From the IMG/VR virus record IMGVR_UViG_3300032331_003609, positions 180,851 through 244,850 of that record: a stretch of 64,000 bases of DNA. The stretch is one strand, 5' to 3'. The translations under genes and the position numbers were made by a program. This document shows, in pieces, positions 1 through 8,343 of this stretch. Below the pieces are notes generated by a model. It was not told where the DNA came from and did no database searches. It saw only the letters and a list, made by a program, of their open reading frames with translations. How positions within the stretch are numbered: the first letter of the stretch is position 1; the number at the start of each line of letters is the position of its first letter.

Positions 1-618
1 CCTAGTTATGGCCACGGAACAGAAAAGCAATGCCCGGAAACAGAAGATGAATTAAAAGAGATAGCATTTGGATCTTCCAACAAAATAGAATGGGTGACAG
101 TAGATGCTGGTAATGAAGGAAATCACCGGGCATTAGCATTTACCAATGCATCTGAATATGATATCATGCTAACTCTAGATACCGATGAGGTTTGGGAGTC
201 TACTTCTTTAGAAAGATGTATTCAAGAAGCATATGACGGAGAAGCATGGAGAAGAAATATTTCCGGATTTATTCATTTTTGGAAATCTTTCAATTGGGCA
301 TGTCAAGATGGTTTTGAGCCTGCTAGAATTTTTAATCTAAAAAGAAAAAATAATTTAGAGGTTCCAATTAACGGTACAATCTATCATTTTGGGTATGCTC
401 AATCTAAAAAAATAATGGATTACAAGTTTGATATTCACGGACACAAGAATGAACTTAAAGAAGGATGGTTAGAAAATACATACTATGGATGGGAACCTGG
501 AAAACTAGATCTTCATCCAACATGTGGGGTTTGGCCAGAAGCTAAACTGTTTGATAAAAACACACTCCCTGATATTTTAAAATCACATCCAAATTTTGAT
601 AAAGAAATAATTTCATGA
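1..618 (+). CDS. Glycosyltransferase family 2-like protein (5'-truncated by window edge)
   Basis: Frame 1 is open from base 1, so the GTG at 94 is internal. LTLDTDEVW gives a DxDE metal-binding motif, and an IYHFGY motif follows. First gene of the sugar cluster. Confidence 0.7.
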   Translation, partial: PSYGHGTEKQCPETEDELKEIAFGSSNKIEWVTVDAGNEGNHRALAFTNASEYDIMLTLDTDEVWESTSLERCIQEAYDGEAWRRNISGFIHFWKSFNWACQDGFEPARIFNLKRKNNLEVPINGTIYHFGYAQSKKIMDYKFDIHGHKNELKEGWLENTYYGWEPGKLDLHPTCGVWPEAKLFDKNTLPDILKSHPNFDKEIIS

Positions 619-1550
619 GAAAAAAGCTTTTATACATTCCTTTAGATTATTGTAGACATGCTGAGAGTGATTCAATATTTAACTCCATGTTATCTGGATT
701 TAATACCCAATTTGAAGCTCGTGTTTTTAAAAATATGGAGGAATCTATTTTATTTAATCCGGACCTTGTTTATATGCACGGTAATGCCATTTCGATTGAA
801 GAATGTCATTTGCTTAAAAAATCAACTAATGCTTTTTTTACCATATGGGTAGGTGACGTTAGATATGCACCTTTACCCGAGGCAATGAGCATGATTGATG
901 TTGCAAATCTCTATTTATTTCCATTTAAAGGAGAACAATTAAAATCTTTTTCCCGAATCCTTAATACACCTTGTGAATATCTTTTTGAGGTATTTGATGA
1001 TAGGCAGATTAGAGATGTAAAGGAGATATCTTCTGGAAGAATAGTATTTGTTGGCAATGTTTATGAGCATTTTCCAGGGGGTGAAGAAAGAATATCTCTC
1101 GTAAAATTTATTGGGAAACATGCTCCTGAATTAGAGTATTATGGATCATTCCCATATGAGAGTAATTCAGCAAAAGGGGGAATAGATTTCTCAAATGTTC
1201 CAGACTTATATAATTCATCATATTTAACTATTGCACATAATAATAGAAATGATATAGATGGGTATTTTACTCACCGTAACTTAATAGCGCTAGCATCAGG
1301 CTCATGTGTATTGATGAAATATTTTCCTGGTATAGAGGAATTCTTTATTAATTGGGAGCATTGCGTTTATTATAAAACAAATTATGAATTATTGGATGTA
1401 ATTGAATTTTTAAAAAGAAACCCAGACATAAGAAATAAAATTGCTAAAAGCGGAAATACATATGTTAGGGAAAATTATCTAAATGCTAATTTTGCCTATA
1501 AGTATAATGAAATTTTAAATAAAATAAAAAAGCTAAATCATGAAAGATAA
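615..1550 (+). CDS. Glycosyltransferase, CgeB/Glyco_trans_1_2-like (GT-B)
   Basis: Motifs IVFVGNVY, LYNSSYLTIAHN, HRNLIALASGSCVLMKYFPGIEEFF, EHCVYY and RNKIAKSG...VRENY match the CgeB-like C-terminal domain. Confidence 0.8.
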   Translation: MRKKLLYIPLDYCRHAESDSIFNSMLSGFNTQFEARVFKNMEESILFNPDLVYMHGNAISIEECHLLKKSTNAFFTIWVGDVRYAPLPEAMSMIDVANLYLFPFKGEQLKSFSRILNTPCEYLFEVFDDRQIRDVKEISSGRIVFVGNVYEHFPGGEERISLVKFIGKHAPELEYYGSFPYESNSAKGGIDFSNVPDLYNSSYLTIAHNNRNDIDGYFTHRNLIALASGSCVLMKYFPGIEEFFINWEHCVYYKTNYELLDVIEFLKRNPDIRNKIAKSGNTYVRENYLNANFAYKYNEILNKIKKLNHER

Positions 1551-2067
1551 AATAAAAAAATATTCTCTCCATTGGGCTTTAGGTGGAAATGATGCGAACG
1601 GAGGACTGGAACAAAATGCTTATGAACTTGAAAAGCTTTGTGAATTTATAAAGGAAAAAAATATTAAAACCTACACAGAGATAGGGTGTGCTGCTGGACA
1701 GCTCCTAAGATTTATGAGGGATGAATTTGAACTTGATACAACGGGAATTACTTTAGAACCAAGGGATACTCATAAAGATCTACCCATAATACACGGAAGT
1801 TCCAGAGATCCTGAAATAATAAAAACTGCAAAGCCGTGTGATCTTTATTTCATAGACGGAGATCATTCTTATTTAGGAGTTAAATCTGATTATTTGAATT
1901 ATAAAGGTCTTTGTAAATACATGGCATTTCACGACATATTAGGGCAAAGAGACTGTGAAGGGGTTTCCCAATTTTGGAATGAAATAAGAAATGAATATGA
2001 ATTTATAGAATTTATAGATCCTAATAGGGATATAGCTAGTGGAATCGGAATTATTAAAATAATATAA
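1540..2067 (+). CDS. Class I SAM-dependent methyltransferase (Methyltransf_24-like)
   Basis: Motifs YTEIGCAAG, DLYFIDGDHSYLGVKSDY and MAFHDI. Confidence 0.85.
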   Translation: MKDKIKKYSLHWALGGNDANGGLEQNAYELEKLCEFIKEKNIKTYTEIGCAAGQLLRFMRDEFELDTTGITLEPRDTHKDLPIIHGSSRDPEIIKTAKPCDLYFIDGDHSYLGVKSDYLNYKGLCKYMAFHDILGQRDCEGVSQFWNEIRNEYEFIEFIDPNRDIASGIGIIKII

Positions 2068-2069
2068 AA

Positions 2070-3104
2070 ATGGAAACTGTAATTATAACCGGATCCTGTG
2101 GATTAATTGGAAGTGAAGCTGTTAAATTCTTTCATACACAAGGATTTAAAATAATTGGAATTGATGATGATTCTCGAGCTAAATTTTTTGGAAAAGAAGC
2201 AAGTACAAATGGGATGCTTTCTCAATTAAAAGAACTTAAAAATTACCAGCATCTTTCAATTAATATTTCATCTTATCAAGATCTACAGACTAGTTTATCC
2301 AGCATTAAAGATTTAAAGATGATTATTCATACAGCTGCTCAACCTTCTCATGATTGGGCAGCAACAAATCCGTTTGCAGATTTTAATGCAAATGCACTTG
2401 GTACCTTAAACATGCTAGAAATAACAAGAAATTATTTTCCAGAGGTAGTTTTTATCTTTACTTCTACTAATAAAGTTTATGGAGATTTACCTAATACTAT
2501 AACAGAATACACAGAATCTAATTCTAGATTTAATCCGGTTAATTCTGATTTTATAGAAAAAGGAATTAACGAAAACCTATCAATAGATCAATGTAAGCAT
2601 TCTTTATTTGGTGTATCAAAAGCTTACGGGGATTTAATAACACAGGAATATGGAAAATACTTTGGATTAAAAACTGGCACATTCAGAGGTGGATGCTTAA
2701 CTGGACAAAATCATTCAGGTGTTAAGGCTCATGGATTTTTATCTTATCTAGTAAAATGTGCAATGACAGGAGAAAAATATTACATTAATGGATACAAAGG
2801 AAAACAAGTTAGAGATAACATACACTCTAGTGATGTTGTCTCCGCCTTTTATGAATTTTATAAAAATCCTAATCCCGGTGAAGTCTATAATATAGGAGGA
2901 GGAAATCTTTCAAACTGCTCAATTCTAGAAGCTATTGAATTAATTCATGAAATATCAGGTAAAAGAGTAGACTATGAATTACTTGAAACACCAAGAGAAG
3001 GCGACCATATTTGGTATATTAGTGATATGACAAAATTTAGAAATGATTATCCAAATTGGATTCAAAAATATGACCTAAGAAAAATAATAAAAGAAATGAT
3101 ATGA
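2070..3104 (+). CDS. rfbE: NAD-dependent epimerase/dehydratase, CDP-paratose 2-epimerase (CDP-tyvelose epimerase)-like
   Basis: ITGSCGLIG Rossmann motif, HTAAQPSHD, FTSTNKVYG, SLFGVSK, FRGGCLTG, GKQVRDNIH and GDHIWYISD are typical of the RfbE subfamily. Confidence 0.85.
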   Translation: METVIITGSCGLIGSEAVKFFHTQGFKIIGIDDDSRAKFFGKEASTNGMLSQLKELKNYQHLSINISSYQDLQTSLSSIKDLKMIIHTAAQPSHDWAATNPFADFNANALGTLNMLEITRNYFPEVVFIFTSTNKVYGDLPNTITEYTESNSRFNPVNSDFIEKGINENLSIDQCKHSLFGVSKAYGDLITQEYGKYFGLKTGTFRGGCLTGQNHSGVKAHGFLSYLVKCAMTGEKYYINGYKGKQVRDNIHSSDVVSAFYEFYKNPNPGEVYNIGGGNLSNCSILEAIELIHEISGKRVDYELLETPREGDHIWYISDMTKFRNDYPNWIQKYDLRKIIKEMI

Positions 3105-3730
3105 TTAGTATAGTTTTTCCCCACGCTATGAACAAAGAGAATGATGCGGTTCTCCAATTGAAATTAAAAATGTTAGAAGAGAATTCCACTTACCCCTATG
3201 AGGTTATGGTTTTATCCAACACAGGAAGACCTGATTTAGTTTATGAATCATGGGATTGGATGATGAGAAGAGCTAAATATGACCTGGTTCTATGGGATAA
3301 TTCAGATATAACATATGCTCCAAAATTCATGGATAATATTATCAAACACAAAGATGATGCAGATTGGTTAGGACTCGAATTAATTGAATGTGGAGCCATA
3401 GGAGTGGCTGCAACCAACATCCATCAAGATTTTGGAAGAACAGCAAATTCTTTCAATAGATCAGAATTTGAAAAATGGGTGGAAGAATATTCTAAAGATC
3501 GCCCATCAATAAGAGAAGGATTTTGCTGGTACTCTCCTTCAGTTTGGAAGAAAGAATGGTACATTAAAATAGGTGGTTTTAACTTCTCAAAGCCATTTCC
3601 TCACCCGAATGATTCTGAGTTTAGAGAGAAGTGTATAGCAGCAGGATCAACATTTGCTGTTGTTAATTCTTTTGCATATCATTTTCAAAGAGCAGGAGAA
3701 AATAGGGGAGAAAAACCAGAAAGAGAATAA
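3101..3730 (+). CDS. Glycosyltransferase family 2-like protein
   Basis: AKYDLVLWDNSDITYAPKF, GGF...D.EF and AYHFQ follow the GT-A pattern. Confidence 0.65.
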   Translation: MISIVFPHAMNKENDAVLQLKLKMLEENSTYPYEVMVLSNTGRPDLVYESWDWMMRRAKYDLVLWDNSDITYAPKFMDNIIKHKDDADWLGLELIECGAIGVAATNIHQDFGRTANSFNRSEFEKWVEEYSKDRPSIREGFCWYSPSVWKKEWYIKIGGFNFSKPFPHPNDSEFREKCIAAGSTFAVVNSFAYHFQRAGENRGEKPERE

Positions 3731-3740
3731 TCAATGATAT

Positions 3741-4676
3741 ATGAAAAAAAATATTGCAATATTTGGATCAACAGGATTAGTTGGTTCTAACATTCTTAAA
3801 AAAATAGACACCGAAAAATATAAGGTTTATGCTCCTTCGAGAAAGGAGCTAGATCTTTTCGATCAGGAAAAGGTCCTAGATTGGTTCTTTGAAAATAAAA
3901 TGGAATATGTAATCATTGCAGCTGCTAGGGTTGGAGGAATAGTTGCTAATTCAACATACCCTACAGAATTCTTGCATGAGAATCTCACAATCCAAAATAA
4001 TATTATAATGTCTGCTTTAAAGAGCGATGTCAAAAATCTTATATTTCTAGGATCTTCTTGCATTTATCCGAGAGAATGCCCACAACCAATTAAGGAAGAA
4101 TATCTACTAACTGGTCCTTTAGAGAAGACAAATAAATCCTATGCCTTGGCAAAGATTGCTGGTATTCAATTATGTGATTCGATCAAAGAACAATACGGAA
4201 ATAATTACTATTCTTTAATGCCGTGTAATCTTTATGGTCCGGGTGATAATTTTGATCTAGAAGCTTCCCATGTTATTCCGGGAATGATTAGAAAAATTGA
4301 AAGCGCTAGAGACAACAATCAACCAACGCTTAAACTACTCGGAACAGGAAGACCCCTTAGAGAATTTCTTTATGTGGAAGATCTAGCAGAAGCTGTAATA
4401 TTCATGTTAGAAAACTATAACGGAAAAGATGGTTTAATTAACGTTGGAAGCGGTTCTGAAATCACGATAAAAGATCTAGCAAATATAATTTCACGTGTCA
4501 TAGGATATAAAGGTGAAATTCTTTTTGATACTGAGGGATTAGACGGAACACCCAGAAAGGTAATGGACAATTCTAAAATAGAATCGCTTGGATGGAAACC
4601 CCAAATGACATTAGAAACAGGAATAACCGAAACAGTAAAATGGTATTGGGACAATAAGGATAAAATTAGAAAATGA
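3741..4676 (+). CDS. fcl: GDP-L-fucose synthase
   Basis: GSTGLVG, AAARVGGIVAN, FLGSSCIYP, YALAK, MPCNLYGPGDNF, SHVIPG, GTGRPLREFLYVEDLA and DGTPRK. Confidence 0.96.
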   Translation: MKKNIAIFGSTGLVGSNILKKIDTEKYKVYAPSRKELDLFDQEKVLDWFFENKMEYVIIAAARVGGIVANSTYPTEFLHENLTIQNNIIMSALKSDVKNLIFLGSSCIYPRECPQPIKEEYLLTGPLEKTNKSYALAKIAGIQLCDSIKEQYGNNYYSLMPCNLYGPGDNFDLEASHVIPGMIRKIESARDNNQPTLKLLGTGRPLREFLYVEDLAEAVIFMLENYNGKDGLINVGSGSEITIKDLANIISRVIGYKGEILFDTEGLDGTPRKVMDNSKIESLGWKPQMTLETGITETVKWYWDNKDKIRK

Positions 4677-5680
4677 AAATAGCATTAATAACAGGAGTAA
4701 ATGGACAGGATGGGTCATATTTAGCAGAGTTGCTTCTTGACAAGGGATATATGGTTCATGGAACAATTAGAAGGTCTTCTTCTTTTAACTCGGGAAGAAT
4801 AGAACACTTTAGAGAGCATTCAAATTTCAAGAGACACTATATGGATCTAACTGATCCAGGAAGTGTATCCCACGTAATTTCTGAATTAAAGCCTGACGAG
4901 ATTTATAATTTAGCTGCTCAGAGCCATGTAAAAATTTCTTTTGAAATTCCAAACTATACCGGACAGGTAGATGCTATGGGTACATTAAATGTTCTGGAAG
5001 CAATTCGTGTTCATTCACCAAATTCTAAATTATACCAAGCATCAACCTCCGAGCTTTATGGAAAAGTTCAGGAAACACCTCAGACTGAAACGACCCCATT
5101 CTATCCAAGATCTCCATACGGAGTTGCAAAACTATATGGATATTGGATTGTTAAAAACTACAGGGAGTCTTATAATCTATTTGCATGTAACGGAATTCTT
5201 TTTAATCACACCTCTCCGAGAAGAGGTGAAAACTTTGTTGAGAAGAAAATTATAGATTCCCTATGTCAAATTAAAAAAGGAAAGACAGATATACTAACTC
5301 TTGGAAATCTTTCTGCTAGAAGGGATATAGGACACGCAAAAGAATACGTTGAAGGTATGTGGAGAATGCTTCAATTAGAATCCCCCGAAGATTTCGTACT
5401 AGCAACAGGCAAGACTCACTCTATTAAAGAAATGGTTGATATGGTTTGTCAAAAATTAGATATTGATATAGATTGGAAGGGCGGGGGTGAAAGAGAAATT
5501 GCAATTGATAAATCCTCTGGAGGAATTATTATAGGAATAGATCCTAAGTATTATAGACCAGCTGAAGTAGAGCTTTTACAAGGTGATTCAGCTAAAGCTA
5601 AAAAAGTATTAGGATGGGAACCAAAACTATCTCTGTCAGAAATATTTGATGAGATGATAGCAGAATCACTAAAGGATTAG
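4673..5680 (+). CDS. gmd: GDP-mannose 4,6-dehydratase
   Basis: ALITGVNGQDGSYLAE, NLAAQSHV, YQASTSELYG, FYPRSPYGVAKLY, NGILFNH, RDIGHAKEYV and YYRPAEVELL. Confidence 0.97.
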   Translation: MKIALITGVNGQDGSYLAELLLDKGYMVHGTIRRSSSFNSGRIEHFREHSNFKRHYMDLTDPGSVSHVISELKPDEIYNLAAQSHVKISFEIPNYTGQVDAMGTLNVLEAIRVHSPNSKLYQASTSELYGKVQETPQTETTPFYPRSPYGVAKLYGYWIVKNYRESYNLFACNGILFNHTSPRRGENFVEKKIIDSLCQIKKGKTDILTLGNLSARRDIGHAKEYVEGMWRMLQLESPEDFVLATGKTHSIKEMVDMVCQKLDIDIDWKGGGEREIAIDKSSGGIIIGIDPKYYRPAEVELLQGDSAKAKKVLGWEPKLSLSEIFDEMIAESLKD

Positions 5681-5910
5681 TGATTAGTGTTTGATACGAT
5701 TTCATTGGCTTTCAAAAGATCTTCTACTGTTTTAACTGTGTATATTGTTTGGCCAGGTACACCCCAGTCTTTTTGTTCACCCCAATTGATAAATCCTTGA
5801 TGTGTGATATGGTTTCCTGAATTATAAGAAAAATCGTGATGTCCTTCTTTCGAAGACGCCTGTTCAAACTCATCCCTAGATGAAATATTTTTATATCCGT
5901 ATTTTTCCAT
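5677..5910 (-). CDS. Hypothetical protein (77 aa)
   Basis: Coupled to the upstream minus-strand gene by a TAATG overlap. Its stop overlaps the gmd stop. Confidence 0.55.
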   Translation of the reverse strand: MEKYGYKNISSRDEFEQASSKEGHHDFSYNSGNHITHQGFINWGEQKDWGVPGQTIYTVKTVEDLLKANEIVSNTNH

Positions 5911-6488
5911 TATTTCTTTTTCTTTCTTAAGTTAGCTTTTGCCTGCTTGTAAAGTGCCTTATCTCCCATTTTAGATGTCTTACCCCCTGTAACAAACGAG
6001 TTAACCCTAGCCATTGCCCATTGTTGAGGATTAGTTCCTGGTATATGTCCTATTTTCCAAGCAGCATATCCTCTTTTCCACACTTTTTTTAAAATACCTA
6101 ATGGGAATCTAGTTTTTTCGGATTTCTTTTTAAGTGCTTTATTTACTGGGCTAGAAACAGAATCTACACCCTCATTAAGATTGTCCAGGTTATGCTCCTC
6201 TTTTAGTTCATTAAAAACCTCCCAGGTTGCAATCTCTACTGCTTCATTGAATCCTTCAAAACCTAATATTTTGCTGTTTTTATTTTCTCCAAACATTTTC
6301 TTGTATTTATTTGTGTATTGGCTAGTTTTTGTGCCAACTTTTTTACCTTTGCCTGCCTTTCCTGATTTATAATCTGCATCCCATTCAGTGTATGCTGAGG
6401 GATCATTATCAGCCTTATCCTTATTATCTTTAATCTCCCTTTTCATTATTCGGGGATTTTTGGTGAGATATTTCTTAGGTACTTTCAT
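5910..6488 (-). CDS. Hypothetical viral protein with DUF5824-like C-terminal domain; start revised from 6602 to ATG at 6488
   Basis: The C-terminus KKSEKT...ILKKVWKRGYAAWKIGHIPGTNPQQWAMARVNSFVTGGKT resembles the DUF5824-type viral domain (recalled, not searched). A promoter-like motif and an A-rich leader lie directly upstream of 6488. Confidence 0.7.
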   Translation of the reverse strand: MKVPKKYLTKNPRIMKREIKDNKDKADNDPSAYTEWDADYKSGKAGKGKKVGTKTSQYTNKYKKMFGENKNSKILGFEGFNEAVEIATWEVFNELKEEHNLDNLNEGVDSVSSPVNKALKKKSEKTRFPLGILKKVWKRGYAAWKIGHIPGTNPQQWAMARVNSFVTGGKTSKMGDKALYKQAKANLRKKKK

Positions 6489-6496
6489 AATTGTTT

Positions 6497-6505
6497 TTAT
6501 ATATC
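6497..6505 (-). promoter_or_regulatory. Putative late promoter GATATATAA
   Basis: The + strand reads ttatatatc. It lies 8 nt upstream of the minus-strand ATG at 6488 and matches the motif seen upstream of many other genes. Confidence 0.65.
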
Positions 6506-6605
6506 CTGAAATAAATGCTTTTAATCTTCTATAATAAACTGGAAGAAAGAAAATAAAAGCCTTCATGGCCGCATGTTCAAAAAACTCAAGAAAATAATAC
6601 AAATT

Positions 6606-7196
6606 ATGACAGATAAGGATATTTCCGAATTGAGGGAAGAATATTCCGTTTTTTCGTATCAGTGGATAAAAGGGGATAATATTTCACAAACCCAACATTT
6701 TGAAGATTTAATAGAGGAAGGTGGAAGAAAATACATCTTATTTTCGGATAAATCTAGAATAGCATTAGATCTATTAGATGAGTATATGATTAAGGTTGAA
6801 AGGGGGTTTGAAGAAATAATTCCAACATCCGATGTTAAGCTAGTATCCCAAACAGATCTTTCCCAAAACAAGGGGGTAAAAAAGAGGGATGCTCAGGAAA
6901 TTAAAACCCAAGCCGTAGAAGGAAATCCTATTTTTGCTCTTTTATCAAAGCAAAAAGAAAACTGGGTAGATGTTGATCTAAAGCTCAGTATTAATCTGCC
7001 TCCTAGAAGTTTATGGGACGTTTTAATGGGTTCGTTTGATGAAGCGGAAAAGGATATTTTAGAGTACGTTACTAAAGACCTTGATATAGAGGTAGTCCGC
7101 CAATCTCTGAGGGAATCTATAAAGGATATATATAAAAAGCAAAAAACAATTACATCTCAAAAAAATGTCAGATCCCAAGATTCTATTCCAGAATAA
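6606..7196 (+). CDS. Hypothetical protein (likely start MTDKDI at 6606)
   Basis: Long ORF with an A-rich leader before the ATG at 6606. No recognisable motif. Confidence 0.65.
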   Translation: MTDKDISELREEYSVFSYQWIKGDNISQTQHFEDLIEEGGRKYILFSDKSRIALDLLDEYMIKVERGFEEIIPTSDVKLVSQTDLSQNKGVKKRDAQEIKTQAVEGNPIFALLSKQKENWVDVDLKLSINLPPRSLWDVLMGSFDEAEKDILEYVTKDLDIEVVRQSLRESIKDIYKKQKTITSQKNVRSQDSIPE

Positions 7197-7683
7197 TTAT
7201 ATCCAGGTGATAGAAAACAAAGGAAGGGTTGGAATTAAACAAAAAAACCCATCAGTAATGATTCTTCCCTATACTATAGACGAGAACGGAAATCCTAAAT
7301 CGATAGGACTTATTTCTGAACCCTCTGATATAAGAGAGGAAAGAATGATTAAGACAGTTATAACGGGATCACCAGAAAAATCTGATGTCGATATTCTAGC
7401 GACAGCAAAAAGAGAATTAACAGAGGAATCTGGATATGTCGTTGATGACACTGAAAAATGGGATTTCTTAGGTAATATCCAATCATCCAAACTGGTAGTA
7501 AACGGTAATCCCGCATTTGGCGTGGATGTTACTGGATTAGAAAGGGAAGATAAACTTGGTGATGGATCCGAAGGTGAAAAAAATAGTAAATTTTCTCTTG
7601 TTTCTTTAAATGATGCCTTAAATATAGACGATGCCTTAATATCCTGTCTATTTCTAAAAATATTTCAAAACAAACTAATTTAA
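7165..7683 (+). CDS. Nudix hydrolase
   Basis: Nudix box variant GSPEKSDVDILATAKRELTEESGY. The upstream VMILPY strand resembles ADP-ribose pyrophosphatases. Confidence 0.85.
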   Translation: MSDPKILFQNNYIQVIENKGRVGIKQKNPSVMILPYTIDENGNPKSIGLISEPSDIREERMIKTVITGSPEKSDVDILATAKRELTEESGYVVDDTEKWDFLGNIQSSKLVVNGNPAFGVDVTGLEREDKLGDGSEGEKNSKFSLVSLNDALNIDDALISCLFLKIFQNKLI

Positions 7684-7690
7684 ACATTAT

Positions 7691-7972
7691 ATGAATTTTC
7701 CTTCAAGAAGAGAAAGACGCGCAATGGTCAAGTCAATGGGTCTAATAAAGAAAAGAGAAACTCTAGTACAAATGTCGGAGAGGTTTAAAAGATCTAATGA
7801 ATTTGGAAAAATGATACACCTACAGCACTTACAAAATTTAGAAAACAATAGGATCAATTCAGAAAAAATCGAAGACGTCGAAGAAACCCAGCCCTTGGCA
7901 CCATCTAATTCTCCAGATTGGGGGTTAGAAGACTTCAAACAACAAATTATAAGTGGAGAAAATCCAGAATAA
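7691..7972 (+). CDS. Hypothetical protein
   Basis: ORF in a co-directional run; begins with basic SRRERRAM. Confidence 0.6.
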   Translation: MNFPSRRERRAMVKSMGLIKKRETLVQMSERFKRSNEFGKMIHLQHLQNLENNRINSEKIEDVEETQPLAPSNSPDWGLEDFKQQIISGENPE

Positions 7973-8291
7973 GAAACCCCCAGTAAAAATACATCTTACT
8001 TCTCTTAGCTTCCGTGAAATTAAAAAGTCACTGCCAGATAACGAGAAAGTGTCCTATATAGATGTAACTAAGATTATCTCTGAAAGCTTCGGCGATAAAG
8101 ATCTTAGTGATATCCAATATTGGATATTAAACCAGATGATAGTTAAGAAAATAGAGTCTTTTAAGACTACTAATCCTTCAAAAATCTTTATAACTATCAA
8201 AGAACCATCTAAAAATTCAATCAAATCCTTTAAGGATCTTCTCTCAGAGTTTAAACTGGGACCTGCCCAAATAGAGATATACAGCATTTAA
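7953..8291 (+). CDS. Hypothetical protein
   Basis: GTG-start ORF overlapping the previous gene and filling the gap. Confidence 0.55.
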   Translation: MEKIQNKKPPVKIHLTSLSFREIKKSLPDNEKVSYIDVTKIISESFGDKDLSDIQYWILNQMIVKKIESFKTTNPSKIFITIKEPSKNSIKSFKDLLSEFKLGPAQIEIYSI

Positions 8292-8313
8292 TTTAAGAGT
8301 ATCCCGTTTTGGG

Positions 8314-8322
8314 AATATATAA
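8314..8322 (+). promoter_or_regulatory. Putative late promoter AATATATAA
   Basis: Recurring motif, 21 nt upstream of the first tail-module gene (8344). Confidence 0.6.
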
Positions 8323-8343
8323 CTTAAATAATAATTGTAAGTC

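Noticed and set aside
6489-6605. ORF-track starts at 6602(-) and 6573(+)
   Set aside because: They would make two divergent genes overlap with hydrophobic junk N-termini. The internal ATGs at 6488 and 6606 have A-rich leaders, and 6488 also has the promoter motif.
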